From Patescibacteria group bacterium (GTDB taxonomy: Bacteria > Patescibacteriota > Microgenomatia > Levybacterales > UBA12049): 64,000 nt of DNA. Positions 29,449 to 39,347 of this stretch are shown one piece after another. Numbering within the stretch: the stretch's first letter is position 1; each line of letters opens with the position of its first letter. The stretch lies in the NCBI GenBank assembly GCA_035946335.1, contig DASYZL010000022.1:401-64400 (forward strand). Direction: 5' to 3'. A program made the position numbers and the translations under genes. The notes below the pieces were generated by a model. The model did no database searches. It had not been told where the DNA came from and saw nothing but the letters and a program-made list of their open reading frames with translations.

Positions 29449-31626
29449 ATGTATCTTTTCTATCAAACACTGATACTTCTGCTCAATTTTTTATCGTTTG
29501 TTGGCGATATAACTGTTGTTTTTTTCATGCGATTTTTTGTGGCACTTTTTATCTCAATCAAATCTATAAAAGCAAAAATTCGATGGTTTTTTTCGATACT
29601 ACACAAACGTTTTACCAAGAATCATAGTAGAAGGAGGCGAAAGAAAAAAAAGATCGCAAAGTTTTATCTTATAGGACTACGGTTTCATTACTTTGTTGTT
29701 GGTGCTTTTTTTTCATTCCTTTTTCTGTTTATACCGCTGTTGCTTACCGTCACTGCCCAAATGCTTCCTGACATTACGACCTTAAAACTCCAGCAATTTC
29801 CCCAGACAACAAACATCTATGACAGACACCATACTCTTCTCTATCAAATCTATGCAACACAAAACAGAACGCTTATTCACCTCTCAAACGTTCCGTTGAA
29901 TTTGCAGCATGCAACTATTGCCATTGAAGATAAAAATTTCTACAACAACCCTGGTTTTGACATAACCGCAATAGCACGCGCTGCGTTATCAGATATAGAA
30001 GGAAAATCATTGCAAGGAGGTTCTACTATCACGCAGCAACTTATCAAGTCTTCGCTACTTTCCCCGCAGCAAACAGTTACAAGAAAACTGGAAGAAGTTT
30101 TTCTCTCTTTTCTTGCGCAGCAGGTATATACAAAAGATCAAATTCTTGAAATGTATTTTAATCAAGTACCGTATGGAGGCACTGCCTGGGGGATAGAAGC
30201 TGCCTCGCAAACGTATTTTGGTAAGGAGGTTAGGAATTTGGATTTGGCACAGAGTGCGTTTCTAGCCGGCCTCCCACAAGCACCCACATTGTATTCTCCA
30301 TTCGAGAATAACAATAATCTTTGGAAAAAACGCCAGGAAGACGTATTAGCTCATATGCGTTCGTTGAACTACATTACTGCTTTGCAGGAGCAGGAAGCGG
30401 ACAAAGAAACGTTACATTTTATTCAGCCGCGAACGCCGCTGCTTGCTCCGCATTTTGTTATGTATATCCGCTCCTTACTGATTCAAAAATATGGGTTGGC
30501 GTTGGTCGAAAAGGGAGGGTTGAACGTTATCACTTCACTGGACCTACCAACACAAAATATGGCACAACAGGTTGTTGCAGATGAAATTAGCAAAGATGAG
30601 TATCTCCAGCTGACGAATGGAGCTGCGGTAATTACCAATCCGCAAAACGGCGATATTTTGGCAATGGTTGGCAGTAAGGATTACTTTGCTTCAGATATTG
30701 ATGGAGAAGTGAACCTTGCAACTTCGCTTCGTCAGCCAGGTTCTTCGATTAAAATTGTTACCTATGCTGCTGCTCTCTCACGTGGATTCACTCCTGCAAC
30801 AATCCTTGATGACAGCCCGGTCGTTTTTAAAAATCCCTGGGAAACGTATGTGCCGGTTAATTATGACGGAAAATTCCATGGAAGAGTAACCTTACGCACT
30901 GCGTTTGCCAATTCATTTAATATTCCCGCTATTAAAACACTCAATACGATTGGCATTCCAGTCTTTGTGACAACAGGGCGGGCAATGGGTATCAGCCACT
31001 TGCAAGATGCCAGCCAATATGGTCTTTCTGTCACATTAGGGAGCGCTGATGTAACGATGCTGGATATGGCAACTGCATATGGAACGCTTGCAAATTATGG
31101 TAACCACATTGATTTGAATCCGATTATCTCTATTACAGATGCACGGGGAAACATACTTGAACAGAAAAATGATATACAAAAAACGCCGGTCATTTCTGAT
31201 GGCGTTGCGTTCCTCATTAGTAATATTCTTTCAGATAATAATGCGCGGAGTTGGGAATTCGGGACAAACTCGCCATTGTATATTCCGAATCATACCGTCG
31301 CCGTGAAGACTGGAACAACAGATAGTAAGAGGGACAACTGGACAGATGGTTATACGCCAAACTATGTTGTCATTGTGTGGGTTGGGAATAATAATAATGC
31401 ACCAATGAGTCCTGTCCTCGCATCAGGGATAACCGGTGCAGCACCAATCTGGCATGATATCATGATGCAATTGCTACACAGTAGTCCTGACCACCCATTT
31501 CCCATTCCCTCTTCCATTGTCAGCAAACCGTGTTTGGGACATATTGAGTATTTCCTCAAAGGGACAGAAAACAATCCTGCCTGCATAGTGATCTATCCCA
31601 CCTTTACACCGATACCTGCGCACTAG
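29449..31626 (+). CDS. class A penicillin-binding protein (PBP1A family), copy 2
   Basis: EDKNFY, GGSTITQQLIK, RKLEE, SSIK, SFN, KTGT; start uncertain. Confidence 0.93.
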   Translation: MYLFYQTLILLLNFLSFVGDITVVFFMRFFVALFISIKSIKAKIRWFFSILHKRFTKNHSRRRRKKKKIAKFYLIGLRFHYFVVGAFFSFLFLFIPLLLTVTAQMLPDITTLKLQQFPQTTNIYDRHHTLLYQIYATQNRTLIHLSNVPLNLQHATIAIEDKNFYNNPGFDITAIARAALSDIEGKSLQGGSTITQQLIKSSLLSPQQTVTRKLEEVFLSFLAQQVYTKDQILEMYFNQVPYGGTAWGIEAASQTYFGKEVRNLDLAQSAFLAGLPQAPTLYSPFENNNNLWKKRQEDVLAHMRSLNYITALQEQEADKETLHFIQPRTPLLAPHFVMYIRSLLIQKYGLALVEKGGLNVITSLDLPTQNMAQQVVADEISKDEYLQLTNGAAVITNPQNGDILAMVGSKDYFASDIDGEVNLATSLRQPGSSIKIVTYAAALSRGFTPATILDDSPVVFKNPWETYVPVNYDGKFHGRVTLRTAFANSFNIPAIKTLNTIGIPVFVTTGRAMGISHLQDASQYGLSVTLGSADVTMLDMATAYGTLANYGNHIDLNPIISITDARGNILEQKNDIQKTPVISDGVAFLISNILSDNNARSWEFGTNSPLYIPNHTVAVKTGTTDSKRDNWTDGYTPNYVVIVWVGNNNNAPMSPVLASGITGAAPIWHDIMMQLLHSSPDHPFPIPSSIVSKPCLGHIEYFLKGTENNPACIVIYPTFTPIPAH

Positions 31627-32275
31627 CTTCCTTTAATAAGTCGTATTGTGCTTGACACGATTGACCTCCGAAAAGAAATCCTGTTGATACAAATCTCGTT
31701 GCGCCTGCCCTTTTTGCAAGAGGTAGGGTTTGTGGCGTTATGCCACCGTCTATTTCTATGGGAAGCAAGGGGTCAAGACGCCGCAATGCTTGCACCTTGG
31801 CAAGCTGCATCTGTTCAAACGTTTGGTGCGAAAACCCTGCTTTCACTGTCATTACTAAGACAACATCAATATCTTCTAGGTAATGTTGAATTGTTTTTAC
31901 CGGCGTTTGTGTATCAATGGCAAGTCCCACCTCCCCAATGTCTTCAACTCGAGCAACAAACTCAGCAATATCGGGCATTTTTTCAACTTGTCCGACAAAC
32001 CGTTTAAAACCAACGTTTGCCCATTTCTCCACAGAGGCAAGTGGATCTTCTACCATCAGGTGAAGTTCAAAAAAAATATCCTGGGCATATAAGGCGAATG
32101 GAGACGGGTCGGAAAATGTTTTGTTGCCTGCAAATATACCATCCAGAAGGTCAATATGCATAATGTGGGCAAAAGGCTTAATGAGCCCTATCTTGCGTTC
32201 AATCTCACTCCATTCTTCCTCAAGGATTCCGGGGATAATTTCCGTATCCAATTTATAACTGTCAAAAATGTTCAT
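31604..32275 (-). CDS. rpe: ribulose-phosphate 3-epimerase
   Basis: HIDLLDG, ELHLMV, LVMTVKAGF, IEIDGGI. Confidence 0.92.
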   Translation of the reverse strand: MNIFDSYKLDTEIIPGILEEEWSEIERKIGLIKPFAHIMHIDLLDGIFAGNKTFSDPSPFALYAQDIFFELHLMVEDPLASVEKWANVGFKRFVGQVEKMPDIAEFVARVEDIGEVGLAIDTQTPVKTIQHYLEDIDVVLVMTVKAGFSHQTFEQMQLAKVQALRRLDPLLPIEIDGGITPQTLPLAKRAGATRFVSTGFLFGGQSCQAQYDLLKEASAQVSV

Positions 32276-32775
32276 ACCTGTTTTTCTATTTTTGCCATTT
32301 CTGAAAGTCGGCGCTTATGTTGCAGTTCTTCTGAGAATGGTGTCACGAGCCACAGAGAAACGGCCTCAAACGCATCTTTTTCGTGTAAGAACCGTGCACC
32401 AAGAGATAAAATATTCGCATTGTTATGCAACCTGCTGAGTTTTACGATTTCAAACGGATCATCGCTTTTGTCCTTTTCTATATCAATAGCTGCTTGAGCG
32501 ATTGCTTTGCCATAAAAAACTGCCGTTCTCACAGAGGGGAACTTATTGGCGACCATAGCTTCGCCTTGTCCAGAACCACCAAGGATGATACCTCGATCAC
32601 TTGAGTTTTGGGAAATGTGCATAGCAACCTTACTGATAAATTCAGGGTAATCGTCAGCATCGTCTTCTCTATATGCGCCTTCATCAATAACATTGTATCC
32701 TTTCTCCAGTAAAAACTCTTTGATTTTTTCTTTTAAAATAAAACCAGCGTGGTCTGCGCCAAGATAAATTTTCAT
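32272..32775 (-). CDS. rpiB: ribose-5-phosphate isomerase B
   Basis: GADHAG, DDYP, GGSGQGE, ANK, RLHNNANILSLGAR. Confidence 0.95.
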   Translation of the reverse strand: MKIYLGADHAGFILKEKIKEFLLEKGYNVIDEGAYREDDADDYPEFISKVAMHISQNSSDRGIILGGSGQGEAMVANKFPSVRTAVFYGKAIAQAAIDIEKDKSDDPFEIVKLSRLHNNANILSLGARFLHEKDAFEAVSLWLVTPFSEELQHKRRLSEMAKIEKQV

Positions 32776-33743
32776 TATGCTTTTATTTTCTCCTCCAATG
32801 CCCCTTTTGTCAAAAGTCCGGTTTGTGCGCCAATATGCTCAATGACCGACGATGCATTTACCGATCCCCATACCATTGCTTCTTTTGTAGACATACCGCT
32901 TATATGTGCTCCTAAAAACCCTGTTGCGTACGCATCTCCTGCACCAGTTTTACCTTTGTATTCTTTAGGTTTTACCGCAGGTTGATGCATGAGGCTCCCC
33001 TGTTCATCCATGAAGAAAGAACCGTTTTCTCCGTCTGTCACACAAACCTTTTTTACTCCCATACGACATAATCTGAACAGTAGATTTGCTTCTTTTTCTT
33101 TTTTTTCTGCTGATACAACCGTCCCATAGAGAATCTTTTCCGCTTCTTCTTTGTTTACAAAGAGTATGTCAGTCTCTGCAAGCAAATCGGTAAAACTTTC
33201 TGAACCGTCAGCGAGTTGCTGCGTCCCAGGATTCAGCGCAAGAAGAACGTTATGCGCATGTTTATATGACAAAACCTGGCGATACAACGTTTTCCATTCT
33301 CTTCCTAAAGATGTCAGATAAATCCATTCTGTTTGCAGGGTATCCAGTGGAAATATATGATCCCTGGCAACGTGATGGACAAAAAGTGTCCGCTCTTGGT
33401 GAAGTTGCAAACCGACAGAAAACGTTGATTGAGCGCCTTCAGTTATTTTTGCATAATCTAGCGAAACTTGCTCTTTTTGCAATTCCTGCCGCATCTGTTT
33501 TGCAAATGCATCACTACCGAATTCCGCAATAAGTGTCGTAGCAAAACCAAGCCGTTTTAATCCAACGGCAAGATTACATGCATTGCCGCCAAGATAAAAT
33601 CCTGCAGTGTCAACAAGCACTTTGCTACCTGAAGTGAAACAAATTTCTTTTTTTTCTGTAGTAGCATCCGAAGAAACAGGAAGTGAGAGAGCAATATCCA
33701 TAATAACATCTCCTATTGCAGTGAGTATAAAATGCTGTTCCAC
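32775..33743 (-). CDS. PfkB family carbohydrate kinase
   Basis: GGNACNLAVGLKRLG, NPG, NKEE, TDGENG, TGAGDAY. Confidence 0.92.
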   Translation of the reverse strand: MEQHFILTAIGDVIMDIALSLPVSSDATTEKKEICFTSGSKVLVDTAGFYLGGNACNLAVGLKRLGFATTLIAEFGSDAFAKQMRQELQKEQVSLDYAKITEGAQSTFSVGLQLHQERTLFVHHVARDHIFPLDTLQTEWIYLTSLGREWKTLYRQVLSYKHAHNVLLALNPGTQQLADGSESFTDLLAETDILFVNKEEAEKILYGTVVSAEKKEKEANLLFRLCRMGVKKVCVTDGENGSFFMDEQGSLMHQPAVKPKEYKGKTGAGDAYATGFLGAHISGMSTKEAMVWGSVNASSVIEHIGAQTGLLTKGALEEKIKA

Positions 33744-33820
33744 TCTTTCATGCTACAAGAAATAGTACACGGATACAAGAAGTGTCAGGAAATAATATGC
33801 TAAAATAGCAGTACCTTTCA

Positions 33821-35593
33821 ATGATAAAACGAATAACGTTTCTCATTTTTATTATACTGTTTTGTGTTTTTTCAATGTTTAAATATCTTCCCATAGGGAA
33901 TACTGATAGTATCAACTTAAATGATATCGGCAGTATTAACGATGAGCTGAGTAAACTTACCGTTGAACTGAATGACTCAATCAACGCAACCAGACCACTT
34001 CAATCACAGGTAAGTAACATGCAGTCTCAAATCGCCCAAATTAAAACACAAGTTTCCGGAATAGAAGCGGATGTCGCGAATAAACAAAAAACCATTGATG
34101 CGTCTTATAGGAACCTTGCGCAAAAAGAACAATTACTTAACCAAACAATCAGGGATTTCTATATTAAAAGCACCTATAATTCTCCTATTCTTATTTTGCT
34201 CTCTTCACAAAATGCCGCTGAATTAACACAGGTCCTTACCTATCAGCAGGTAGCAACGAATCAGGATAAAGCGGTTATTACCAACCTTGCATTATCGATT
34301 ACAGACCTTGAGCAGCAAAAAAAAGATTTACAGACAGAACAAACGCAACTCCTCGCGTTGAAAACGAACTTAGATGATCAATCTGCAAAACTTAATACAA
34401 TTATTCAGGGAGCGCAAGCGTATCAGGCAAGTTTAAGCAGTCAAATTGCCGAGTTATCCACCCGCCAGCAGGAATTGATTGCGCAAAAAGAACAAAGTTT
34501 AGGACTCCCAACCACTGCATATACGACAAGTGGTGGCTGTTCAAGTGACTTAACCAATGGTAAGGATCCCGGATTCAGCCCGAAGTTTGCAGCATTTACC
34601 TATGGTGTACCCCACAGGGTAGGAATGAGTCAATATGGAGCACTTGGTAGAGCAGAGGCAGGACAGAGTGATACAGATATTTTGAATGCGTACTTTGCAA
34701 ATAGTACGATAACCAATGTGGGCAGTGGTCAAAATATTACAGTGAATGGAACAAATGACTATGGTGAAACGTTCAGCAACCAGTCAATGAATGTCGAAGA
34801 TTATTTAAAACATATTTATGAGATGCCGAGCAACTGGCCATCAGAAGCATTAAAAGCGCAAGCAATTGCCGCGCGTTCCTTTATTATGCATGCTTTGTCT
34901 AGTGGACAAGCAACAGTTGCCCCAAATCAGAGTTTTCAGGAAGTAAAAACAGAGTTAAATGCGCAAGCATGGATTGACGCGGTGAATGCAACTGCAGGAC
35001 AAGTCATGGAATCCGGAGGTCAACCAATCGAAGCGTGGTTCTCTTCTACTGCCGGTGGTTATTTCCATAGCTCATCGGATCTTGGCTGGAGTAGTACATC
35101 ATATACCAAAACCGGTGTTGACGCCATAGGTTCTGTAAATAGTTTTACTGACCTGATAAATAACGCGTATGATGGTCCCGCGCATGCAAATTCTCCATGG
35201 TTTTATTGTGATTGGGGTTCACGCTCGCAATATGCTGGAACTGCGTGGTTGACATCCGGAGAACTTGCTGATATCGTCAATGTCATTCTCCTGGCTAAGA
35301 AAGACTCGTCAACGCAAACGCATTTAGCCCAAATTGACAAACCAAATCCTGATGGGGTTGATACGTGGGGAATGGACCAAGTCCGGCAGAAACTCGGTTT
35401 AGGAGCTTTTACGAACATATCAAGTATCTCTGTTTCTGCGGACTTTACCTCAGGACAGACAGCAACGGTTACGGTAACAGGAGACGGCGGGACGCAAACG
35501 TTTAGCGGGAGTGATTTTAAGAATTATTTCAATCTTCGTGCCCCATCTAATATCAATATTGTCGGTCCGTTGTATAATATCGAAGAACGTTAA
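33821..35593 (+). CDS. coiled-coil (PcsB-like) plus SpoIID/LytB-domain peptidoglycan hydrolase
   Basis: Signal/TM, long coiled coil, HRVGMSQYGA, EDYLKHIYEMP..W..EALKAQAIAARS, FSSTAGG. Confidence 0.85.
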   Translation: MIKRITFLIFIILFCVFSMFKYLPIGNTDSINLNDIGSINDELSKLTVELNDSINATRPLQSQVSNMQSQIAQIKTQVSGIEADVANKQKTIDASYRNLAQKEQLLNQTIRDFYIKSTYNSPILILLSSQNAAELTQVLTYQQVATNQDKAVITNLALSITDLEQQKKDLQTEQTQLLALKTNLDDQSAKLNTIIQGAQAYQASLSSQIAELSTRQQELIAQKEQSLGLPTTAYTTSGGCSSDLTNGKDPGFSPKFAAFTYGVPHRVGMSQYGALGRAEAGQSDTDILNAYFANSTITNVGSGQNITVNGTNDYGETFSNQSMNVEDYLKHIYEMPSNWPSEALKAQAIAARSFIMHALSSGQATVAPNQSFQEVKTELNAQAWIDAVNATAGQVMESGGQPIEAWFSSTAGGYFHSSSDLGWSSTSYTKTGVDAIGSVNSFTDLINNAYDGPAHANSPWFYCDWGSRSQYAGTAWLTSGELADIVNVILLAKKDSSTQTHLAQIDKPNPDGVDTWGMDQVRQKLGLGAFTNISSISVSADFTSGQTATVTVTGDGGTQTFSGSDFKNYFNLRAPSNINIVGPLYNIEER

Positions 35594-35597
35594 TGCT

Positions 35598-36302
35598 ATG
35601 CCGGATCTTTTTGTTTCCCAAACTGCTGCCCGTGACCCTCGGTTGCTGCAGGATGCAGGTATGAATACTGTCGAAACTTCTACGTTAGAGGGAGAAAATA
35701 TAATAGATAGTTCCCCTCCTTCTGTATCGACACCAGGAAATCCGCTGCATCTATTGACATCGTTTCGCGAAATGCCGGAAAAATTATCTTTTGAGACACA
35801 GGAAGATGATGAAACTATTCTCCTTTTTCTTCGCAGGCATATTATCACGAATATTCCTTGGATTGCAATGATTATCTTCTTCTCACTCTTACCTGTCCTT
35901 TTTCTTTTTGGTGTTGCAATGTCTGTTCCACCATTCTCCTTCTTTCCACAATCTTTTGTGCTTGTCTTAATAACGTTCTATTATCTCATCGTTATTTCCA
36001 TCGGGTTTGTCAACTTTATCACCTGGTATTATAATATTATGCTTTTGACGACAAAACGTGTTATCGATATTGAATTTACGGATCTTGTCTATAAAAATGT
36101 TGCGGAAACAAAAATTTCCCTTGTCCAAGATGTCAGCATTACCCAGATTGGCGTTATTCCTGCTTTATTTGATTATGGTAATGTACTTATTCAAACCGCC
36201 GGGAGCGCAGAAAACTTTGATTTTATTTCTATACCTAAGCCGGAACGTGTTGTTGCAATCGTTGAATCTCTCATTGGCAAGCGAAAGGAAAACCCGTTAT
36301 GA
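35598..36302 (+). CDS. membrane protein with bacterial PH domain
   Basis: LFLRRH, two TM helices, LTTKRVIDI, VQDVS, FDYGNVLIQTAG. Confidence 0.8.
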   Translation: MPDLFVSQTAARDPRLLQDAGMNTVETSTLEGENIIDSSPPSVSTPGNPLHLLTSFREMPEKLSFETQEDDETILLFLRRHIITNIPWIAMIIFFSLLPVLFLFGVAMSVPPFSFFPQSFVLVLITFYYLIVISIGFVNFITWYYNIMLLTTKRVIDIEFTDLVYKNVAETKISLVQDVSITQIGVIPALFDYGNVLIQTAGSAENFDFISIPKPERVVAIVESLIGKRKENPL

Positions 36303-36535
36303 CACTCCCACTCTCTATATTATTTCAGGGTACAACGCTGTTATTTATTTCCAAAATTGGGGTATTAGTTGCAATTTTTTTCTTTATTTTTTTTCTTATT
36401 GTTGTATTGAGGCAAATACAATCCATGAATAAACTTATTTCTGATGCTGGTTTTTTTGTTGCGTTACAAGTGTTCTCTTATCTTCTCATCAGTATTGCTA
36501 TTACACTTTTTCTTGTAAGTATTGTTATACTATAA
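36299..36535 (+). CDS. small two-TM membrane protein
   Basis: Overlaps upstream stop; hydrophobic; VLRQIQSMN motif. Confidence 0.7.
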   Translation: MTLPLSILFQGTTLLFISKIGVLVAIFFFIFFLIVVLRQIQSMNKLISDAGFFVALQVFSYLLISIAITLFLVSIVIL

Positions 36536-36538
36536 CTG

Positions 36539-38269
36539 ATGATCAAACCATTACATGTTACTAAAATTGTTGCTTCGTCAACATACATCGCTTGGGCACA
36601 GGCATACCATGCCGGTGGACTAACTGCACTACTTGCGATAAAGAAAAAAGACAACGAAGAGCACGCCTCTCCTTCTCTTTCTATTATTGGCAAAGATTTG
36701 TTGAATACTTTTGAATCTGAGTATTTTACCCTTGAGACGAAAAACCTTAATTCTATCGGTAAAGCAGTTGAAACGACATATAATAAATCTGCAAAAACTC
36801 ATGAGATAACCTTAATTGTCGTGTCAAGCGTACAAAATGCCCTATACGTTTTTCTCGCAGGAAGTGGTAGTGTCCAGTTGTTGCGAAAAGGTAAGATGGG
36901 TGTACTTTTGGAGAAAAAAGCATCAGAAAGTGAAGAAATCCTTGCAGCTTCAGGTTTTTTGGAAGACCATGATGTTATCGTCCTGGAAACTGATGCATTT
37001 TCCAAAATTATTCCCTCAGATAATTTGTTTAAAACCTTATCAGAAAATGGTCTTGATGAAACAGCGGAGCTTTTATCCCCCAAAGTCCACGAAGTACAGG
37101 AAGGATCTGCAGCGGCACTTTTCTTTTCCTATAAAGAGGAGAAAAGTATGCTGGAACCATTGGAGAAATCAGAAGAAAAGAGGCAGGAAAAAATACCAGA
37201 TGAAATAATACAAAAAGCAACTCAACCATTACTACAATCTACCGATACCACTGAGTCAAAAAAAGAAAGAAAATCATTAACGCACCGGCAGAAACTATTT
37301 CTTTCCATTGCTGTTATTTTGATTCTTGTCCTTGCTGCAACGATTTATTTATCCCTCCAAAAAGCTCAAGAGGCAAAAACAGCAGCTGTTTTTAAAAGCA
37401 TCTATCCTCCTGCTCAACAAAAATATCAGGAAGGACAAAGTTTACTAAACCTCAATGCTGATGAAGCGCGCAGTGACTTTCAGCAGGCAATTTCACTCTT
37501 ACAAAATGGCAAAGGAAAATTTCCTGCAAACTCATCCCAGGAAAAGCAAATTGATGATTTGCTTGCAAAAGCGGAACAAGGCTTAATGAATACTTCCCAA
37601 GTCAACACGACGCAATTAGCAAAAATCGATAGTAGCGCAAATCCACTTCTCGCATTTGAGGGAAAACAGCATGCAACGTATGTTACTTCAGATAGCACAA
37701 ATTTCTATGTCGCAGACACGACTGGCATCACTCGCTATGATCAAAAAACAAATGCAAGTAAAATGATCATTAAAAATAGCTCTAATTGGAAAATAGTTGG
37801 CGGATTTGGAACGTACTTGGGAAATTTTTATCTTCTTGATAAGAATGGCGGGATTTTGAAGTATGTTTCTGCAGGAAGCACCTATTCGAGTACGTATTAT
37901 TTCGCTTCAGGCGTGAAACCTGATTTGTCTCATGCTGTTTCTCTTGCTATTGATGGGTCTATTTGGGTAGTAACGAGCGATGGATCTATACTGAAATTTA
38001 CCAAGGGAAATGAGGACACGTTTTCACTAATCGGGCTTGATAAACCATTTTCTGCTCCAAGCCATATTGTAACGTCAATAGATGACAGTAATGTCTATGT
38101 TTTGGATAATGGTAATTCCCGACTTGTTATCCTGGATAAAACAGGAAAATATATTGCACAATATCAATCACAGAGATTCAAACAGGCAACAGATATGACT
38201 GTTGATGAAAAAAACAAGAAAGTTGATGTACTTATTGGTAACGATATCTATGAATTGACCTTCAAATAA
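36539..38269 (+). CDS. bitopic protein: degenerate PP2C-like N-domain, TM, helical linker, NHL-type beta-propeller
   Basis: LYVFLAGSGSVQLLRKG...HDVIVLETD; TM LFLSIAVILILVLAATIYL; NFYLLD, AIDGSIWV, VYVLDNGNSRLVILDKTG repeats. Confidence 0.7.
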   Translation: MIKPLHVTKIVASSTYIAWAQAYHAGGLTALLAIKKKDNEEHASPSLSIIGKDLLNTFESEYFTLETKNLNSIGKAVETTYNKSAKTHEITLIVVSSVQNALYVFLAGSGSVQLLRKGKMGVLLEKKASESEEILAASGFLEDHDVIVLETDAFSKIIPSDNLFKTLSENGLDETAELLSPKVHEVQEGSAAALFFSYKEEKSMLEPLEKSEEKRQEKIPDEIIQKATQPLLQSTDTTESKKERKSLTHRQKLFLSIAVILILVLAATIYLSLQKAQEAKTAAVFKSIYPPAQQKYQEGQSLLNLNADEARSDFQQAISLLQNGKGKFPANSSQEKQIDDLLAKAEQGLMNTSQVNTTQLAKIDSSANPLLAFEGKQHATYVTSDSTNFYVADTTGITRYDQKTNASKMIIKNSSNWKIVGGFGTYLGNFYLLDKNGGILKYVSAGSTYSSTYYFASGVKPDLSHAVSLAIDGSIWVVTSDGSILKFTKGNEDTFSLIGLDKPFSAPSHIVTSIDDSNVYVLDNGNSRLVILDKTGKYIAQYQSQRFKQATDMTVDEKNKKVDVLIGNDIYELTFK

Positions 38270-38309
38270 CCTTCTTTTCTTTCCCTACTGCTTGCAGTAT
38301 TATGACTGT

Positions 38310-38741
38310 ATGCAAATCTTCAATAAACGGGCATCATTTGATTATGCATTATATGAACGCATTGAGGCAGGCATCATGCTGACAGGCGCTGAAGTAAAAG
38401 CAGTTCGATTGGGTCATGCTGATTTGACAGGAAGCCATGTAAGAATTCTAGGGAATGAAGTATTTCTCATTAATGTGCACATATTCCCCTACCAATATAC
38501 ACGCTCAGAAAGTGGTAATGAAAGACGAAGCAGAAAACTGCTTTTACATAGAAAAGAAATCACTGCTTTGAGGTCAAAAATCGAAGGCCAAAACTTGACA
38601 ATTGTGCCCGTAAAGTTGTATACTTCAGGCAGGTTAATTAAAGCTGAATTAGCCTTAGCAAAAGGGAAAAAGCAGTACGAAAAAAGAGAGGGAAAGAAAC
38701 GGAAAGATTTGGAAAGAGAATTAGCACAAGATCTTTCATAA
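38310..38741 (+). CDS. smpB: SsrA-binding protein
   Basis: NKRASFDY, EAGIMLTGAEVKAVR, RKLLLHRKEI, AKGKKQYEKR. Confidence 0.98.
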   Translation: MQIFNKRASFDYALYERIEAGIMLTGAEVKAVRLGHADLTGSHVRILGNEVFLINVHIFPYQYTRSESGNERRSRKLLLHRKEITALRSKIEGQNLTIVPVKLYTSGRLIKAELALAKGKKQYEKREGKKRKDLERELAQDLS

Positions 38742-38779
38742 TCGGTATTCGCAATAAGATTTTTACAAGAAATTTTCTT

Positions 38780-39211
38780 GGGGATGAACTGATTCGACAG
38801 GATAAGCACATTAAAAACTGCAAGCCGACCATGATGCAAAGTCGTAAAAGTGTATCAAAAAGTAAGTGCTGATTTAAAAGCACAGGTTGCAGCTAAAAAA
38901 GCTGAGTATAAAGCGCTTGCCGCAGAATACGCAGCAATTATGGCTGCAAAGTTTGGGAACCTTAACTACGCATTCGCTGCGTAATAAATCCTAATCTGTC
39001 CTTTCTATCCTTTTCTCAGTGAGGTAGATTGGGCACAAAAACAGCTGAGAAACGGTAACAACACCTGGTTAGATTGTTATCTGAAATTATACCTGCGACA
39101 ACAATATTCCTGCCAATTGGAAAAGTTGCTGTCAAGATAAAAAAATTGGCTACGCTTGTAGAAGTTTATAATTTGGTTTCTTGGACTCCGGACCGTTCCC
39201 GGACATCTCCA
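38780..39211 (+). ncRNA. ssrA: tmRNA
   Basis: 5' GGGGATGAACTGATTCGAC pairs with 3' CATCTCCA including G3.U70; tag ORF 38868-38987 ending YAFAA with two TAA stops; directly after smpB. Confidence 0.93.
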
Positions 39212-39347
39212 CAAAAACTCTTGCCAATGGCTCCTGGTATTTCATGAAGCAAAATTGCTCCTGTTTTTAGGTAATTAAACAGCTCCTCTTCTATCCTTTT
39301 TATATATATCTCTGGAAAAATTGCTTGCCATGCTCTATGATGACAAC

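Noticed and set aside
28217-31460. PBP repeats as a diversity-generating retroelement TR/VR pair
   Set aside because: No reverse transcriptase in the window, the tracts are short and both lie in coding paralogs; too few mismatches to show adenine-specific mutagenesis.
32272-32775. RpiB lacking the catalytic Cys
   Set aside because: GGSGxGE is the known M. tuberculosis-type RpiB variant that uses Glu.
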